The translations under genes and the position numbers were made by a program. Positions 24,601-38,935 of a DNA stretch of 64,000 nt are shown here, in pieces (the first letter of the stretch is position 1; each line of letters opens with the position of its first letter). Origin of the DNA: Lepidodermella squamata (taxonomy: Eukaryota; Animalia; Gastrotricha). Under the pieces are notes generated by a model. That model had not been told where the DNA came from. It ran no database searches and saw only the letters and a list, made by a program, of their open reading frames with translations. The stretch spans positions 3,224,001-3,288,000 of the forward strand of contig JBLDXI010000001.1 of the NCBI GenBank assembly GCA_047495785.1. Direction: 5' to 3'.

Positions 24601-26144
24601 TCTCGTGTTCGAACGTCGTTTTTAAAGGCCAAATTTCCAATCGAGCTTTCCAATGAAGCCTTTGAGTATTGCCTGACCTAGTCTTGTCATTTCCCAAACA
24701 ACATTGCGATTTTGGGGTCGCCGAGGGTCCAAACTGATACGACCAATTTCGATCGGCTTAAGCACATCTTCTCCATCTTTCAGAACTGCCACCCCTACAA
24801 CAACGACGACAACAAGTCCTAGAACTACGACGACAACATCTACGACAAGACCTACGACCAAGCCCACCACAACCACTACGACGACAACAAGGCCAACTAC
24901 GACGTAGGTTTTCGACTAGGAAATTGAATCCTGGATTTCAACTGGATTTTAGTCAAATTTATCCAAGAAATACGAAACTGTATGAAATTTCAGGACGACA
25001 ACGCGACCTACAACAACAACTACTACAACCACAACAAGGCCTGCAACAACAACCACTAGGACTACTACGACACCACCAAGACCTACGACATCGACAACAA
25101 CGACCCGAACGACGACTGCAAGACCAACGACTACCACGACAACTTTGCCAGTCATTCAACAACGGCCGAAACAAGACTTCGCGGAATTGGACATAGCTCG
25201 GCACAGGAGAGGCGTACCAACAGCATATCCATGGTAAATTTCAACACAAACTCATAACTTGACGCAATTTCATGTTAAACTCGAATATTTAGGTATGCCA
25301 GAATCATCGCTGTGGTATGTTTGATTCTACACTTAATTTCGAATATTTTGCTATTTTTGAATTTTTGTAGGTCGATTTCCAAGCGCTAGGACCCGGTCAG
25401 GTGTCATCCTGCGGCGGGGCTATTGTTAGCGATCGTTGGCTGTTGACATCCGCGAGCTGCGTCAGCAAACTGCCTTCGCAGACTATGGTCGCTAAGATGA
25501 ATTTTACCGATTCGGCGCAAACTCAGGGCGTTGTCAGGGTTAATGTCGGACGCGTCATCACACATCCTAGCTACGACCCTGACAATTTCGACTACGATTT
25601 CGCCATGCTTCAAATTCAGGGTACCTATTCTAAATACCTACGTTTAATTTTAAAAATTCCAATTTTTTGTATGACAGAATCTGTTGAGCTGAATTCGCCG
25701 AATCTTCACGCGGCTAATATTTTGTCAAGTTGCGATCTATTACCAGATGGCACATCATGCAGTACAATGGGCTGGGGCATGGCGAACTACGAAGACCCAA
25801 TTCGCCGAAGCGCTTATGCCCACAAGCTGGTGATGGTCGACTCGGACGCAGCTTGTCGCAACTCGTTTTTCAACCCGACAAAGTACACGCCTAGAAAATT
25901 TTGCGCTATTGGCGTGAATAATGGCTCGCATACAACAGCGCCGAATGAGTGTCAAATCAGCTATGGCGCGGCGATTTCATGCGTTGTTACAGAATCAGTG
26001 TGGCAGGGCAGTAGAGTGGCGCTATTTGGCCTCGCTTCGTCTTTCCCGCGCGGCTGTGGCGACCCTGATAGCAGTTATATGGTTGCATTTTCAACGCCTT
26101 GTTTGGTTAGGGCTTGGATTGAGAGCATTATTGCTTATGAATAA
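21683..26144 (+). CDS. Secreted tandem trypsin-fold serine-protease homologue (two domains, Thr-rich mucin-like linker), about 11 exons
   Basis: Hydrophobic N-terminus MYTAISSTIIYIFFLVK; domain 1 VPWQ...CSGALVAPQWFLTTAHC...DFNFAL...VDDGGPL; Thr/Arg/Pro repeats 23380-23515 and 24784-25150; domain 2 CGGAIVSDRWLLTSASC...HPSY...DYDFAML...GWG...WIES. Confidence 0.82.
22290..22517. mobile_element. Imperfect hairpin/MITE in an intron of the protease homologue
   Basis: AACCGGGGTTATTTGG...AACCAAATACCCTCAAAATATGTTCA mirrored by TGAACATATTTTGAGGGTATTTGGTT...CCAAATAACCCGGTT; arms about 95 bp. Confidence 0.7.
24039..24189. mobile_element. Tc1/mariner-pogo-type MITE with TA target-site duplication
   Basis: TA|CCGTATTTGTTCCTATAGCAGCC ... 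GGCTACTGTTGGAACAAATACAG|TA; intronic. Confidence 0.7.
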
Positions 26145-28096
26145 AAATGAGTGTCGAGAGAACAATAAACACATTTTTAACTTGACATTTCCATGATTAT
26201 CCGATGGGGAAAAAGAGCAGAAACAGGGAATTCTCGAGAAATCAAAGAAATATTCAATGAAGTTTAATATTCCTGATAAAATAGATTTGGGAGTAAAATG
26301 TACGTAGATTGGTAGTAGAAATGCTTTCTATGCTGAGTTCCTAGAACGATGATATCGCAGAAATCACTGATTTGTACAATCGATACGCGGAATCGATATC
26401 AGCTCTGCAAGCCTAAACATAACTCGTAAACAGACCGCTCATAGCGCAAAAAACGCGTAAATTGATACTATGGCATGCATGATAACAAAAACTGAGATTC
26501 TAGAGAATAAGTGAAGCTCGAAAAGCGAAATTGAATGCTAGAGCCCTGAAGTTACGTTATGAACCTTGAGAATTTTTCTTAGAAATAACACAATTATATG
26601 TTGATATCCAATTAGCTTGGTGCTGTACTAAATTTCGAATAATTTATTCTATCCATAATTAATTAGAGTATTATGATAATATTCGAAAATTTCGAGAGCG
26701 CAGGAATTTCGAATTTCCCCAAAAATTGCGCGTGATTCCAAAATGTTACGAAATTATTCGAAGCTTTGCCCGAATACGAGAAATCGTTAAACAAATAAAA
26801 AGGTCATACCTTCCCAACAATAATCGTCCTGACAAGCCCGCGGATCACTCCCACTTAGCCATTTGGTACCAGGCGGCCAATTTACAGCCATCATCTCGCA
26901 AATAGCCACTAAATCGTCTGACATAGACTGGTCGAAACTCATTCTTTCAAGCAGCGTCTCCAAAACATCGGGATAGACGAATGCGGGTACAAAATGCCGC
27001 CTTTTCTCGAAAATCAGACGGAACAATTCCCGTTCTTACGATAAGCCGCCAAAGTCACTGCGACGAAGTCGAAAATAGAGAATTTGTCGTCGATTTCTGA
27101 CGATTTATACATACTTCAGCAATTCGCTATTTCAGGGAATATGTCGACGTTGAATCGAGTTAAAAAGTCGAGTTTGACGAATACGGTCGCTTCGTAGGGT
27201 CCTGTTTGTGACAACAAATTCATAAAATCCGGGCGCTTGACCCGCTGACACGCTATCAGCTATATATCCGGCAGTTTTCGCTGAACGAGAGGAACTAACG
27301 ACCGAGCAGCTTCATTCAAAGCCGTTTCAATTCAGCAAAATTAGCATATCCAAAAGCCTCAAAATCAGCCATTCAAACGTTGAATTCGAGAATTGATCGG
27401 CTAAGAAAATTTCATCAGTGAAAAAATAATCTAAAAGCGAAGAAAATTAGAACATAAATCCAACGCACTCTGGAATATAACGTCCACTCTTTTCGTCTGA
27501 GTAAATTCAAGATATCATGTAAATCCTAATTAGCCATTAAACTTGTCATCGGCAGTGAAAAATTCGGATAATTTCGCTCAAAAACTAGGAGAAAAAAGGA
27601 AAGTCGCAGAAAAGTTTCTCAGGTTTTCATCGATGATTTCAAAGTTTTCCCGTTCACAGATTTAATATTTGACTGAAATTGAAATAATCTAAACCGCAGT
27701 GGTATGACCAGATCTGATAAGCGCCTCTTTCAGCTTTTCCGACTACATAACAACTCAGCGTCAGACATCAAAATTCTCCACTAACTCTGTTCGATTTTCG
27801 CAAACATGGCAACACTAGCTCCTTGTCGTTCATTTCCACTCAAATTAGAGTAGTAAACCCGACTATAAGTTCGGACCTATTGAGAATGAAAAATATATTA
27901 GTTTGCCAAAATAAAATCCAATTTCATGGGAAGATTTTTATTGCAAATATCAGTCTCAAAAAATGTTTTTTCAATGATTCTTTAATATAACAGCTATACA
28001 ATTGCAAATTGAGATAAATATATTCGGACTAATTCACAGTGGCGTTATCATGTCATTTTTTCGGAAATGAAAATCAGCGATTAAAAGCAACGTTTT

Positions 28097-29988
28097 TCAC
28101 TCCGCAGTGATCACAGCATTGTTGTCAGCAGTACCAGCCGTAGTTTCGATGTCCATCTCCAGCGATTCTAGCGAACCGATCGAATTCGTAGCCGTTTCAG
28201 GCCGCGAAGACCCGCTGGCTCGCTTCTTCTTCTTAGACCCATGTTTCCGAATCTTTTTCTTCTTCGCATCGGCATTGGTGCCGAAAATTTGCGTCCGCAA
28301 CTCAGGGCCAATGTCAGCACTCGTTTTGATGAGGTAGAAAAACACGCCACCAGGCGTTTTGCGGCGGCTACCGTCCTGAAATTGACCACACAAGACGATT
28401 AAAAATGCGTGTAATACTTGGTTCCGTATAAACGATAGTCTTTAGTCGCCATTAATGGGATTAAGTATAGTCCCTCAAGTCATATTCGGCTCTGAATTCG
28501 ATTCCAATGATAAAAGATGAAAATAGTATGGTGCGATGGTTCAATTTTTAGGTTTCCCTCAACTTCTCAATTCTCAACTAAATCAATTAATTGAATCCAT
28601 TAAATCGGGCTGTAACTCATATCAAGTCTCCTCGAATTTAATATAATTTACTGTAAATTTGCGATTAAAATATCAAGGATGAAGGAGAGAAACAAAGGCT
28701 TCAAAAACTCTCAATATTGAGATAATTGTTGTATTAAAAGATGATCAAATTAGGGCCGGATAAACCTTCTGCCCTGGGCAGAATCCGATTAGCGACCCCA
28801 TTTTCCTATTATTCCGCAAAAGCTCGATTTTTTTTACACCTAAAACTGATTATTTTGAGCGTTTCAGGAAAAAAATAGAACGGTCAAATGATCACACTAT
28901 GAACGGTATGTATTCATTAACATTTCCAAGTATTCTGGCAGGAAATCCTAGAAATTTTTAGACGCGGCCCCTGGGCAACAGCCCTATGCGTTAATCCGGC
29001 CTTGAATTAAATATATTAAATATAAAATATATAAACTCACCATGATAGTGATTCCGCCATTTTTCTCCTTGACGACTGTCTTCTTGAAGAAATCAACGCA
29101 TCGCTGCGTTCCAAGAACTTCAACCGCATTTCTCAGCGTTTCAACGCCCTGCTCCTCGCCCAAAGCTCGAGACAACGCCGTAACCAGTTCGTCAGCCGAC
29201 AGCGTTTCATCCACCTCAATCCGTTCATCAATAGCCAGCCTCGAAATCGCAGACGGCCGTTTTCTGCTATTACTACTCGCCTGGTGTTGATTCGGCCTGG
29301 TATTAGGGTGAGGTGCAGCTGGTTGGCGTTTCACTACTTGATTGCCTAACCGAGCAACGGCCGACTTTTTCCTAGGCTCAGCTTCCTGAACTTTAGGCTT
29401 CGCAATTTGTTCATTCCGACCGCGTTCAACTGCCTTAACCAACGCGTTGAAGTCGATTGAACCACCACCTGTTGCACTGGGCGGTCGAAACAGCGAAACA
29501 GGAGCGGCTTGAGCTTCGTTTTCAGCGTCAAAATCGCGGTAATTGAGCAGTTTCGCCGGAATTTGACCTGGTTTATCTTCAACTTTCGCCTCCTTATTTT
29601 TCCCCTTCTTCTTTCTCCGACTTCTTGTCTGCGGTTGCTTTTGTTCGGCTAAATCGCCGTAAGCTGTGAATTGAATAGGTTTTTGGTTCAATTGCCCCAG
29701 GCCAGATGATAATACTTGTTCCGTAACAACATCGGACCAAATTGTTTTCCGTTTAGGTCGCGATTTCGGCTTCACTTCGCCTTCTTCCGCCTCGGATTGA
29801 GACGAATCAGCCCCAACAACTTCGCCGTCTTCCATTAAACCATCGCCTTGATTTGATTCAATGTCTAACACATCGTGATCTGAACAGCCCAAACTCAGCG
29901 ATTCGTATGAATCATCAGAATCTGATGAATCATCATCACTCGACTCGATAATTTCATTTTTCGTCTCACGAAACGTACCATTTTCCAT
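28097..29988 (-). CDS. PHAX: Phosphorylated adaptor for RNA export (exons ~29988-29041 and ~28375-28097)
   Basis: Acidic Ser-rich N-terminus; IWSDVVTEQ motif; RNA-binding domain EKNGGITIM|DGSRRKTPGGVFFYLIK. Confidence 0.88.
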
Positions 29989-31222
29989 ATTATTCGAAGA
30001 AAATATATTTCTAAATGAAAAATTTATTCAGAATTAGTTTTTTATTGAAAAAATCATTATATTATTATACGCATTTTATCAGTATTTTTTGTTCAACTCG
30101 TGTGCATTGAATTTATAGATCATTTTCTCTCATCTCCGACGTCAAAAATAAACTGAACAATAATAGACTAACAATAAGACGCAACAAATTAGCTAAGTTA
30201 TAATTAGGTCCGAATATTGTACGCATTCTTTGGCTCGCCATTTACGACCTGTTACGAATAGGAAGAAAGATGAAGCTACAGTCTTAACAAAAAGCACGAT
30301 TTTCAGTAAATTTCGAACTTAATCCTTGTGCGGAAATTTTCAAAGTGAAAAAATCGTGTTGAGGGGAGCTGCAAAAGCACCAGAAAAATTGCCCTAAAAT
30401 TCAACTGAAAATTGCTAAATAATTGCAAAATAATCAGCAGAGAGAAAAATAAGCGCTGATTAGACAATATCCATGAGGCAAGATAGCAGATTACGTGACT
30501 GCTTGAAACAAAACAACATTTCAGAAGAGAATAATAGCTGGCAAGTCACTACGACAACATATATTTTGCTATGGAGAACTTGTGCGAATTGTTATTATCA
30601 TCAAGCAAGTAAGATCAATAGTCAGCCCATCAACAATCAATTTTGACATTCATATGTAATTATATCACAACCAATTTTTCCAATTTTAGCGCTCATTACA
30701 ATATTAAATGTGCACAAGAAAGGTGGGAAATTGCACAATAAACAACGAATGGTTCGATTTCAAAGGCAGTTTAGCTGCAGGAAATTGATTTCCGATTCAA
30801 GATTAGCTAGAATTATTATCACATTTTACACTCAATACGATACTTTTCGACTGAAAAAAATAATAAAGCAATTGCGAGTGCCCCAGTTTTTTCACGAAAT
30901 TTGACTGATTTAAGTTTACGTGGAATGAAATTGCAAGTTTTTTCAGTGAGATCTACGCCTAATTTTGAATGGAGAAACAATCACAACGACATTTAGGGTC
31001 AAGTTACACTGAATATATATATATTGTAGCTAAATGTGTGAGAAATCATAATACTGAGCAGAAATTTCCTTCATCCTTCTTTCCTCGTCGTGAAGCACAC
31101 AGAAAAATTACGCTTTTCAAATGCAAGAGATATCCTCAAGGTGAGAAAAAACATAGAGAGAGAATACGATTGACGACATGACACCGGCAATTTATTTAGC
31201 GCGAAGTTCATTTGTTTGCTTC

Positions 31223-34200
31223 CTAACGCCCGAATAGCTGTTGAAGACGCGGCACAACAGCGAGTCTTATCGGCTCGTAGTAGATGTGGCGCAGATGAGC
31301 GACGAATGGCGGCAGTTGTTTCAGCTGGGCCAGCGGCATTTCGAACGTTGCCACGATTAGGAATAGCAAGAATAACAGGCCGGCAATGACTCGGGCGATC
31401 GAGCCGCTCGTCGATCTACGCTGCTGTTGCTTTTTCAGAGCTGAAACAAAAAATAACGAATTAACCATTAACTTTGCTACTCTTGCTCGTGAAAATGTCT
31501 GATTTATTGAGCGGTATTTTGCTTTAATCTCTACCTAGTAAGGCTTAACAATACCTGATTTTGATAATTCTAATTTTTTGTTCTATATTCGGCCGAGCTC
31601 TGAAATCGCGCTTCCGTTCTCAGAGAGATTGGAACTTGATTTCTAACAGCCGCAACTTTCGGAAATTGTCCCTTTGTCACCCGATCTAGCCGTCTTGTAA
31701 ACGCTGGACAGTTTTCTCTCCCCGTAACTTCGGAGTGTCCCAGCCTATTATTACTATTAGAAATAACTTATAATGGTATCATGTATTTTTTCGGAAATGG
31801 AGGTTGGCTAACAATAACGCAGCCATCTCATGAAGCCAGCCCGGAAACGCCAAGTTAGCGTAGCTCTATTTCATTCAATCGGCCGGATATCTCCAAATAA
31901 ACTAAATATAAGGTAGTCATAAACCACGGCCAATAAAGAAGCAATCCGTAGCTCAATCTACGCGAAGATCACGGTAGCCTAATTCTGGGTATTCGAGCTT
32001 GTTTCAGTCTTGCTCGCTGTCATTAAAACTGATACCTATCAGCTACATTTTGACCAATTCGAAAATTTAACAGATGCCGTTTCTTTGAAAAAGTATGCCT
32101 TTGCATCATTCATGAAAATTTCGAAGCAATTAACTCAAGGCTATTCACCCTTGACTCCACACGCGTGGGTTAGGGTTAGAGTATGCCTGTCCAATCGTCA
32201 GCAGGAAAACTACTCTTTGTAGTACACTGGCATTATTAACCATTGAAAGCTACGAAATTTGCGCGTTTCATCTATCGGAAACAGTTAGGATCTCGGCAAG
32301 TGGCAAGTATGGTGTCTAGCGACGGTCAGCCATATTACAACATCGTCGATATACGGCTATCGCTGGCTTTTGTACCTCTATCAAATCTATTTTATCGTTA
32401 GCTCGAAGTAAGTTGTGGTCGACCGGCGAATTGCCCATCTTTCCGTGATTTCCATCTTATCGAGTTTCCCAAGACCACCTCGAACTCCTATTTAACAAAA
32501 TTAGAAGACGGAGTGGGTGGAACAATAACCCCAATATTCGCGAGTTTGAATTTGCTATTCAAGCCATTGTCATCAACAGCAGCCTTGACCCTCAGGGCGT
32601 GGCAACATCACCGAATTTTCTCCTCAACTGAATGAAATTGTCGATAAAACCCCCTGGAAAAGTCCTGCTTGATACGTGCTTCAACTCATAAGAAATCAGA
32701 GAAACTTGCGCGACAATTTCAAGTTTGGTAGATAGCAAAGTATAGCCCACTGCTATCACGTAATTATTTAACGCTACTGGGTAATTGAAAGTTTCGATAA
32801 ATCTAAAATCAAGGATTCCTAACTGAGAATACGGTGGCAGAGGAAATTTCTTTACAAATTAAGGAGAGATAATAAACTGCCCGCAATTCTGAATGATTCT
32901 CTGATATATATCATATTTTCTCCGAAATTGGCACTCGTTTAGCGTTAATAAGCATCCTTCGCGAGGAAGTTAAACATGACTGGGCTATGAACTGATTTCC
33001 GAAACCCTTCCGGCGTACACCGTATTTCTCGAAAATATACATCGGAGTATATTTGTGAATGAACCAAAAATTTTATAGGGAAAATTAACCGAAAAGAATC
33101 GACTGTAACATTCAAAATAATCCTTTCCCAGCACTTCGCCCTTCATGCCCCGATTGATTTTTTTTAAATAAAATGGAGTAGAATTTCGAGGTGCGGTATA
33201 TTTATGATCAAACGGTAAGTTTTGTAGGGTTGTATTCGGGGTGTGGGATATTTTCGAGGTGCGGTATATTTTCGAGAAATACGGTATCAAACAAAGCCTC
33301 TCCTGTTAAAACGCTACTTTGATACTTCTAGCTTCGAACTTGATTTCTAATTCAAGAAACCTTACAGAATTCAGCGCCTAATAATAGCTATTTCAGCTTA
33401 CCTTCGACCGGAACCGGGTTAGCAGCTCGGTGGTAGCACTGTTTTGGCGGCTCAAGAGTCGCCGCCGCAACATTAGGCAGCACTTGCGGCTTGCTTTCCA
33501 CGAGCAGTTCGTCCTCAGCCTCATCCTCCTTAATCGAGTAAGTTCGCGACACATCCCCAGCCTGTTGCTGCTCAATCGTCTCATCACTCGCCGAAGACCC
33601 AACAATCGTCTCATAATCGCGTTCCGCTTCATTGAAATTCGACGTGAGCGTGACAGCAGATTGCAAATGAGGCTGATTGGCTTCACCCTCGCTCAGCAGC
33701 GAATCGTCAGCTAACGAGCCCATAGCATCACCCGGGTTTTGATGCTGCTGTTGCTGCTGCTGATCAGTGATCGTACCGAGCTCAGGGCTCGCCGGGGGCG
33801 TGTTGAAATTGCTGAATTCAGCAGGCTGCTGTTGAACAGCCGACTCGGTGTGTTTCGCCTGCAGCGGCGTCTCCATCAGGGTGTTGTCTGACCCGGGTGA
33901 TGCGCCTAGGGTGGTGTGGCTCTGGCGCGCGGAGGGCGACGGCGAGGGTGTCAGCAGTGAGTTCATCTGTGCCGGCGTGTTGTGCGACTTGCCGACGCGC
34001 GGCAGCGTGTTCGAAGCGTAGGTGAAACGCTGGAACGGCGAGTCACGTTCAATGTCATCTTTTATAACCTCTCGCTGTACACGGCCACTGAAAAAGTGCA
34101 GGTAGATATTAAAATTTTTGTGAGCGAATCAAGAAAATTAGCACAATTGTTCGAACAGCATGAATTTCTTCATTACCTGCATAATTTTAGCGAACCAACA

Positions 34201-37200
34201 AAAACTGACGCCAAAATTCTTCGTTATTCATTTCAATTTATAACTTAGATCAATTTCTTAGATCTTAGATATTCTTTTGAAAATGGAAAATCTTACTGAA
34301 ACGTATTAGAATTCAGAATATCACATTTTCGATAATTTCATGCCCGGAAAATGGGCGACAAAAATGCGTTTTCCTATTTAAAATTTAAATATACAACTTG
34401 AAAGAGATCTAAATATAGCCTAACAGTGTTATTCATCAAACTTCAATGAGGAAATATTTGAGACACAGCTATGATTCAAGTCGGTCAATTATTTGCAACG
34501 TTAGAATTGTGGTAGGAGCTCTGATTCTTCATCTGATAGCAGAAATTTTTCGATTCTGCTTCTGATTCCTGTCGCTTGAGCTCGGATTTCACAAACCCAG
34601 AACAAATTTTTAACCCAGAAAATAAAGTGAACTGTTTTGCCGTGCTGCATAATGTTTTTTGACCGATTAGTCTTATTTCAACAAATGCATCATGTACTTC
34701 GGGCCATCGTCATGTCATCATTCATAGTTCATGTTCAGCAAACTCCCATGAGTTCGGGAAATAGCTCAATAAACAAGGGAAATATACGCATTGCACCAGA
34801 TGTTTTAATCGTAAAAAACGATCGTTAACATGAGTTGCGCCGGCCATCAGCATAAATTTTGACGTAAAATCGATCTCAATTCACTAGCACCGAATAATTA
34901 TCATAAAATGGACCAACATTTGGTTGAAGTTTGATTATTTTTCTCAACTATTCCCATCGCTTAGCGTGCGCGCTTTATTCATTTGAGTAGCGCATCAACA
35001 TGTACACAAATTGTGCAGAGGTGTGATAAGTAAATACAATTAGGTAAATATTGCCCGAAAATGCGACGAAAAAACTCACTGGAAATTGAATGTTGTCGAG
35101 CGCTTGAGCACAAGAGACAGTGCTGAGCGTTTGTCTGAGCGATTATTTTCAATCGACGAGGCAGCCCTGCGATTTCCAACAATTAAAAATTACGAGAAAA
35201 ATCAGCAAAAATGAGCAACTCACGTGAAAAACGTTTTACGTTCCATTGCACTCTTCCACATGACTTTGGCCTGAGCGACTGAGGCGCATCGGAACGCGCA
35301 AAGGTGCTTGTGCTAAAAATCAACACACACAAAATTGATGAAAAATTGGCATAAATCCTAGACAGATTCGTACTGATAAAAGCAAAAATCATAGGCACTA
35401 ATAGGGCTCAGTTTAGTGTTGCAAATTGTTTCCAGTACACCCACATTAGACAAAGATATTTTCGAAAATTTCACAACATGAAAAGATGCTAATCTTACAA
35501 TAAAATTTCGACTTCACGATTATAGAGCTGACAACATTTGATTAGAATAATTTTCTAAATCTCATGGCATTTTTCACCTGAACATTAGCATCCTAACATT
35601 AAGAGTGCATTAAATCAACATAAAACAGAGTGAAATCATGTGACAAGAAGCCCTATTTACGATCAAAAATTCCTATTTCCGGATTTTCAAAGGCTAAAAC
35701 CGGCATTGGTGTGCATTAAACTCAAAAAATATGCGATATATTGCGATCGGGTTGCATGCTACTCATTTGCTCGACTACGATGCAAAATTTTACACTAAAA
35801 ATTTCCCCATTGAATATTTACCACAGGAACTTTTTTAACAAGTTTTGCTGGAACTGATAGCGATTTAGGAAGGTCCGCCTTTGGAGGCTCTTCCAGCTCA
35901 TTTTCTTCCGGAATCGGGGAAAAATTATCAACAGCGCTATCTTCGCGCTGATAATTATTAATTACGAAATATGAAACACAAATTAAGGAAATTTAGAGAA
36001 AAATGTTGTTACTAACCTCACGAAGACGGACTGTCGCGAAAAATTGTTTGCCCTCATTGTACATTTTCAAAATTTCGCGCCATTTGAACGAATGAGTCGT
36101 TTTGCCGAAGGCGAACGTCGAAATGCCATTACAGCCTATGCCGACCATTAACGGCGCATCTTCTTGGTCCTTACACGCGTACATGTCAAGGCCGTACGAC
36201 GGGTAATTGGTCACTTCCTGCACGAACTGAATCTCAGCCTCGCGTTCGTTCAAACCAGCCAAGGTTTTGTGAACCGCAATGGCTTGTTCCTTCATCAGTA
36301 GAGAAGTCGCCTCGGGGCGAAATTTAACGTCATTCACGTAATTTGCCGGCAAATTCGGTGTCCAATCCAGAAATTCGGCCTGCAGTAAAAACCCGAGCAG
36401 CCGCGGAATCGATGTTTCCGGGACATAAATGCGGTTCTCATAGATATCAAGCCTGACTTGCCGGTAGAGTAAGTACCTAAACCAAAAATTGTCAATGAAA
36501 TTTTCGCTCATGTCTTTCTTCTCGTACCGAGAAAATTCATTCTTCAAATGAATCGGATCGTTCGGGTAGAATTTCACAGCTAATTGCAGAGGAATAGTTC
36601 CGCGTAATTTCTTAAACTGATGAGCGACTGTTTTTTGCGCCTCAAGCCACCGTCTGGTGTCGGTGCAGTCTTTAAACGTCACGCCAAAATAATCTTTTTC
36701 GACAACTTTCGTCAGTTCGAACACTTTCTCCAACAGATCCACGCCAGTCTCGTTTTTCTGTAGTAAAAACAAGAGCTTTAATGTCAATAACCTCTCGGGA
36801 AACAACAACAGCCTATTTCATTAAAAATTCAGTTTTACACGCTCGATTTGAATTGCATCATCGAGTAAATTATGCCGCGGCCCAAAATCCCCCGAACGAT
36901 TGTTTGAAACAGAACTAAGCGCCTGTGACAACGCTAATTCTATTACCCGTTTTACGAGGTTCACTCGTGTTAAAAAAGCCTCATTCCAGTTCAAACACTT
37001 CAGAGACTTGCATATCGAGTACTCGTAAATAGCTATAAAACAAATGCAGAAATACGATAGCGAAAGGCTAGCATTTTAGCATGTGTTCTATTGCTGAAAA
37101 ACAGCAAGGCTACAAAGCAGCGGCAAATCAATTTTACAATTTCCTAAGGCGGGCCAACAAGCACGCGGCGCACGAATCTACGCTTGTTTAGCTAGTAGAA

Positions 37201-37646
37201 CACAGACTAGCTGCTTTTAATAAACTGTACATGTGTTGTAAAGCCAAATTGCAATTACTACTCCGTGCGCACATAAAATCATCAGCGTTCGTTGACGAAC
37301 GATGGAAAAAATACACGCGTATTGACAATTCAGGCGATAACTAATGCGAAACGTATTGAAACATGGAACGAAAAAACAAGAGGGAAAATTAAATGAATCT
37401 CGATTCCGCGCAGTGCCCTGTTGCCTTGTACGGCCGGCGAATTTACATGTACCAGAGGAGGAAGGCATGCGTAAATATTCGCCGATGCGTAAAATTTAAT
37501 TGACATAAATAATAAACATAAATCCCGTCTCGCCGCCCAATAAAACTGACCTTGACATAGACTTCGAGTGGAGTTCGGTCGTCTGGTAAGTGGACAGTGC
37601 ATACAATCACGTCCTTTGAAGAAGGTGAGGTGGGGTTCGAAGACAT
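31223..37646 (-). CDS. FERM-domain protein with FERM-adjacent region and C-terminal transmembrane segment (FRMD5/FRMD3-like), multi-exon
   Basis: Exon 1 CTVHLPDD; EKDYFGV...RRWL...VKFYP...YGLDMY (36760-36020); exon ~35312-35224 AFRCASVAQAKVMWKSAMERKTFF; GRVQREV (~34088); disordered region; last exon VIAGLLFLLFLIVATFE...HIYYEPIR resembling the FRMD3/5 tail. Confidence 0.85.
33020..33284. mobile_element. Tc1/mariner-pogo-type MITE in a FERM-gene intron
   Basis: CCGTATTTCTCGAAAATATAC ... GTATATTTTCGAGAAATACGG|TA; internal repeat TTTCGAGGTGCGGTATATTT x2. Confidence 0.72.
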
Positions 37647-38935
37647 GGAATAGCCAGAGAACAGCTTCTAACTGACGAGCAGCTACGGAAATTCACGCAA
37701 CTAACTAATACCTATGAATGTTAAAAAGGTGCGATACATTGACAAATGAGAACCATTCGATAATTAGGAGGCCGGATAAGAACGGTTGAACAATTTTAGT
37801 AGGTCAATAGAGAACATGCAGCTTTGATTGCTGCATGTTGCATCATTGAGCGAGCAGTCATAACTTTTATGCATATTGCCTCAAAATAGCTGTATTTGAT
37901 AACAATTCTCAACGCTTTGAATCATGTGAATGATCATGCGCATTCTCAAGATCTTTCAAAGTTCTAGCGGTGGATAATTAATACAGCGCATGGTTATATT
38001 AATATATTATCCGCATAGCTTATAGGTACGAAGTCCCTTCATTGATGCGTAATTAAATCCTCCAGAAATACAGTGGAGTAAGTTCCCACCAATTAGCAAC
38101 GCAAATGACGACGCCTAGAATACAAATATAAACTACCAACAAACCAATCAGATGAATATCATTTAAAATAGACAGAATTTAGCTAATCGTATGTAAATAA
38201 AGCAAATAAAACTCAGGCAATCATAATCGATCGATTGAATTCAAAGCTGAAGCTTGTAAACAAAAATCAATGTACTTCTAATGCAATCGGCAACTGCATT
38301 GAATGCAAAATCTGGAGACAGATTTTAGGTTTATGATGCATTTTTAGCCATTCAAGTAGTAAATGTACAATGTACCTATGTTTTCACAAGGCAGATTTCG
38401 GACAAACATTGTCATAAACGGTTTTCATGTTTTTTATAGCACACCAGGGCGAAAGGGGAGGGTAGCAGCTAACAAGAATAAAGTTGATAATTTATTCTAG
38501 AACTAGAGCCTGGGCGTAGTTACTGAGTGGTAAAAGCAGTGTATCGTTTCAGAGGTAACAAATCACAATAAAAAAATCCACCTTTCCGGAGAGAATTCTG
38601 GCATCAGAAAATTTCAGCTATCGAAGAGCAGAGATTCTAAAATTATAATTCATTAAACAGCAATCTCAAATAGAACCTAGGAGATCGTCATTTGAGAAGC
38701 AATTTGAGCAAAAAAAATAAACTCCGATTCTGACGAACGCCTGAAGACTGAAGTGCTTGATAGGCTGTGAGGAACACACTAACTGGGGGCATGGATGATG
38801 GATGAAACATAAAACAAAAAGCGGCGAGTTATCCATGAATACCATGCCGTAAGAAACTAAACTGTGGTGTTTCATTTTAAGAGCCTCGCGCCTCGCGTTA
38901 TTAGCCCAAGATGGAAGTTTAGCCCCCTCAGATTC

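Noticed and set aside
24622-25204. Val-rich, Cys-rich and Gln-rich ORFs
   Set aside because: Antisense or alternative-frame shadows of the Thr-rich (ACN)n linker exons.
32167-32180. Telomere-like GGGTTAGGGTTAG
   Set aside because: Only two units; expected by chance.
38508-38545. tRNA 5'-half-like GTAGTTACTGAGTGGTAAAAGC
   Set aside because: No T-arm or acceptor-stem pairing downstream.
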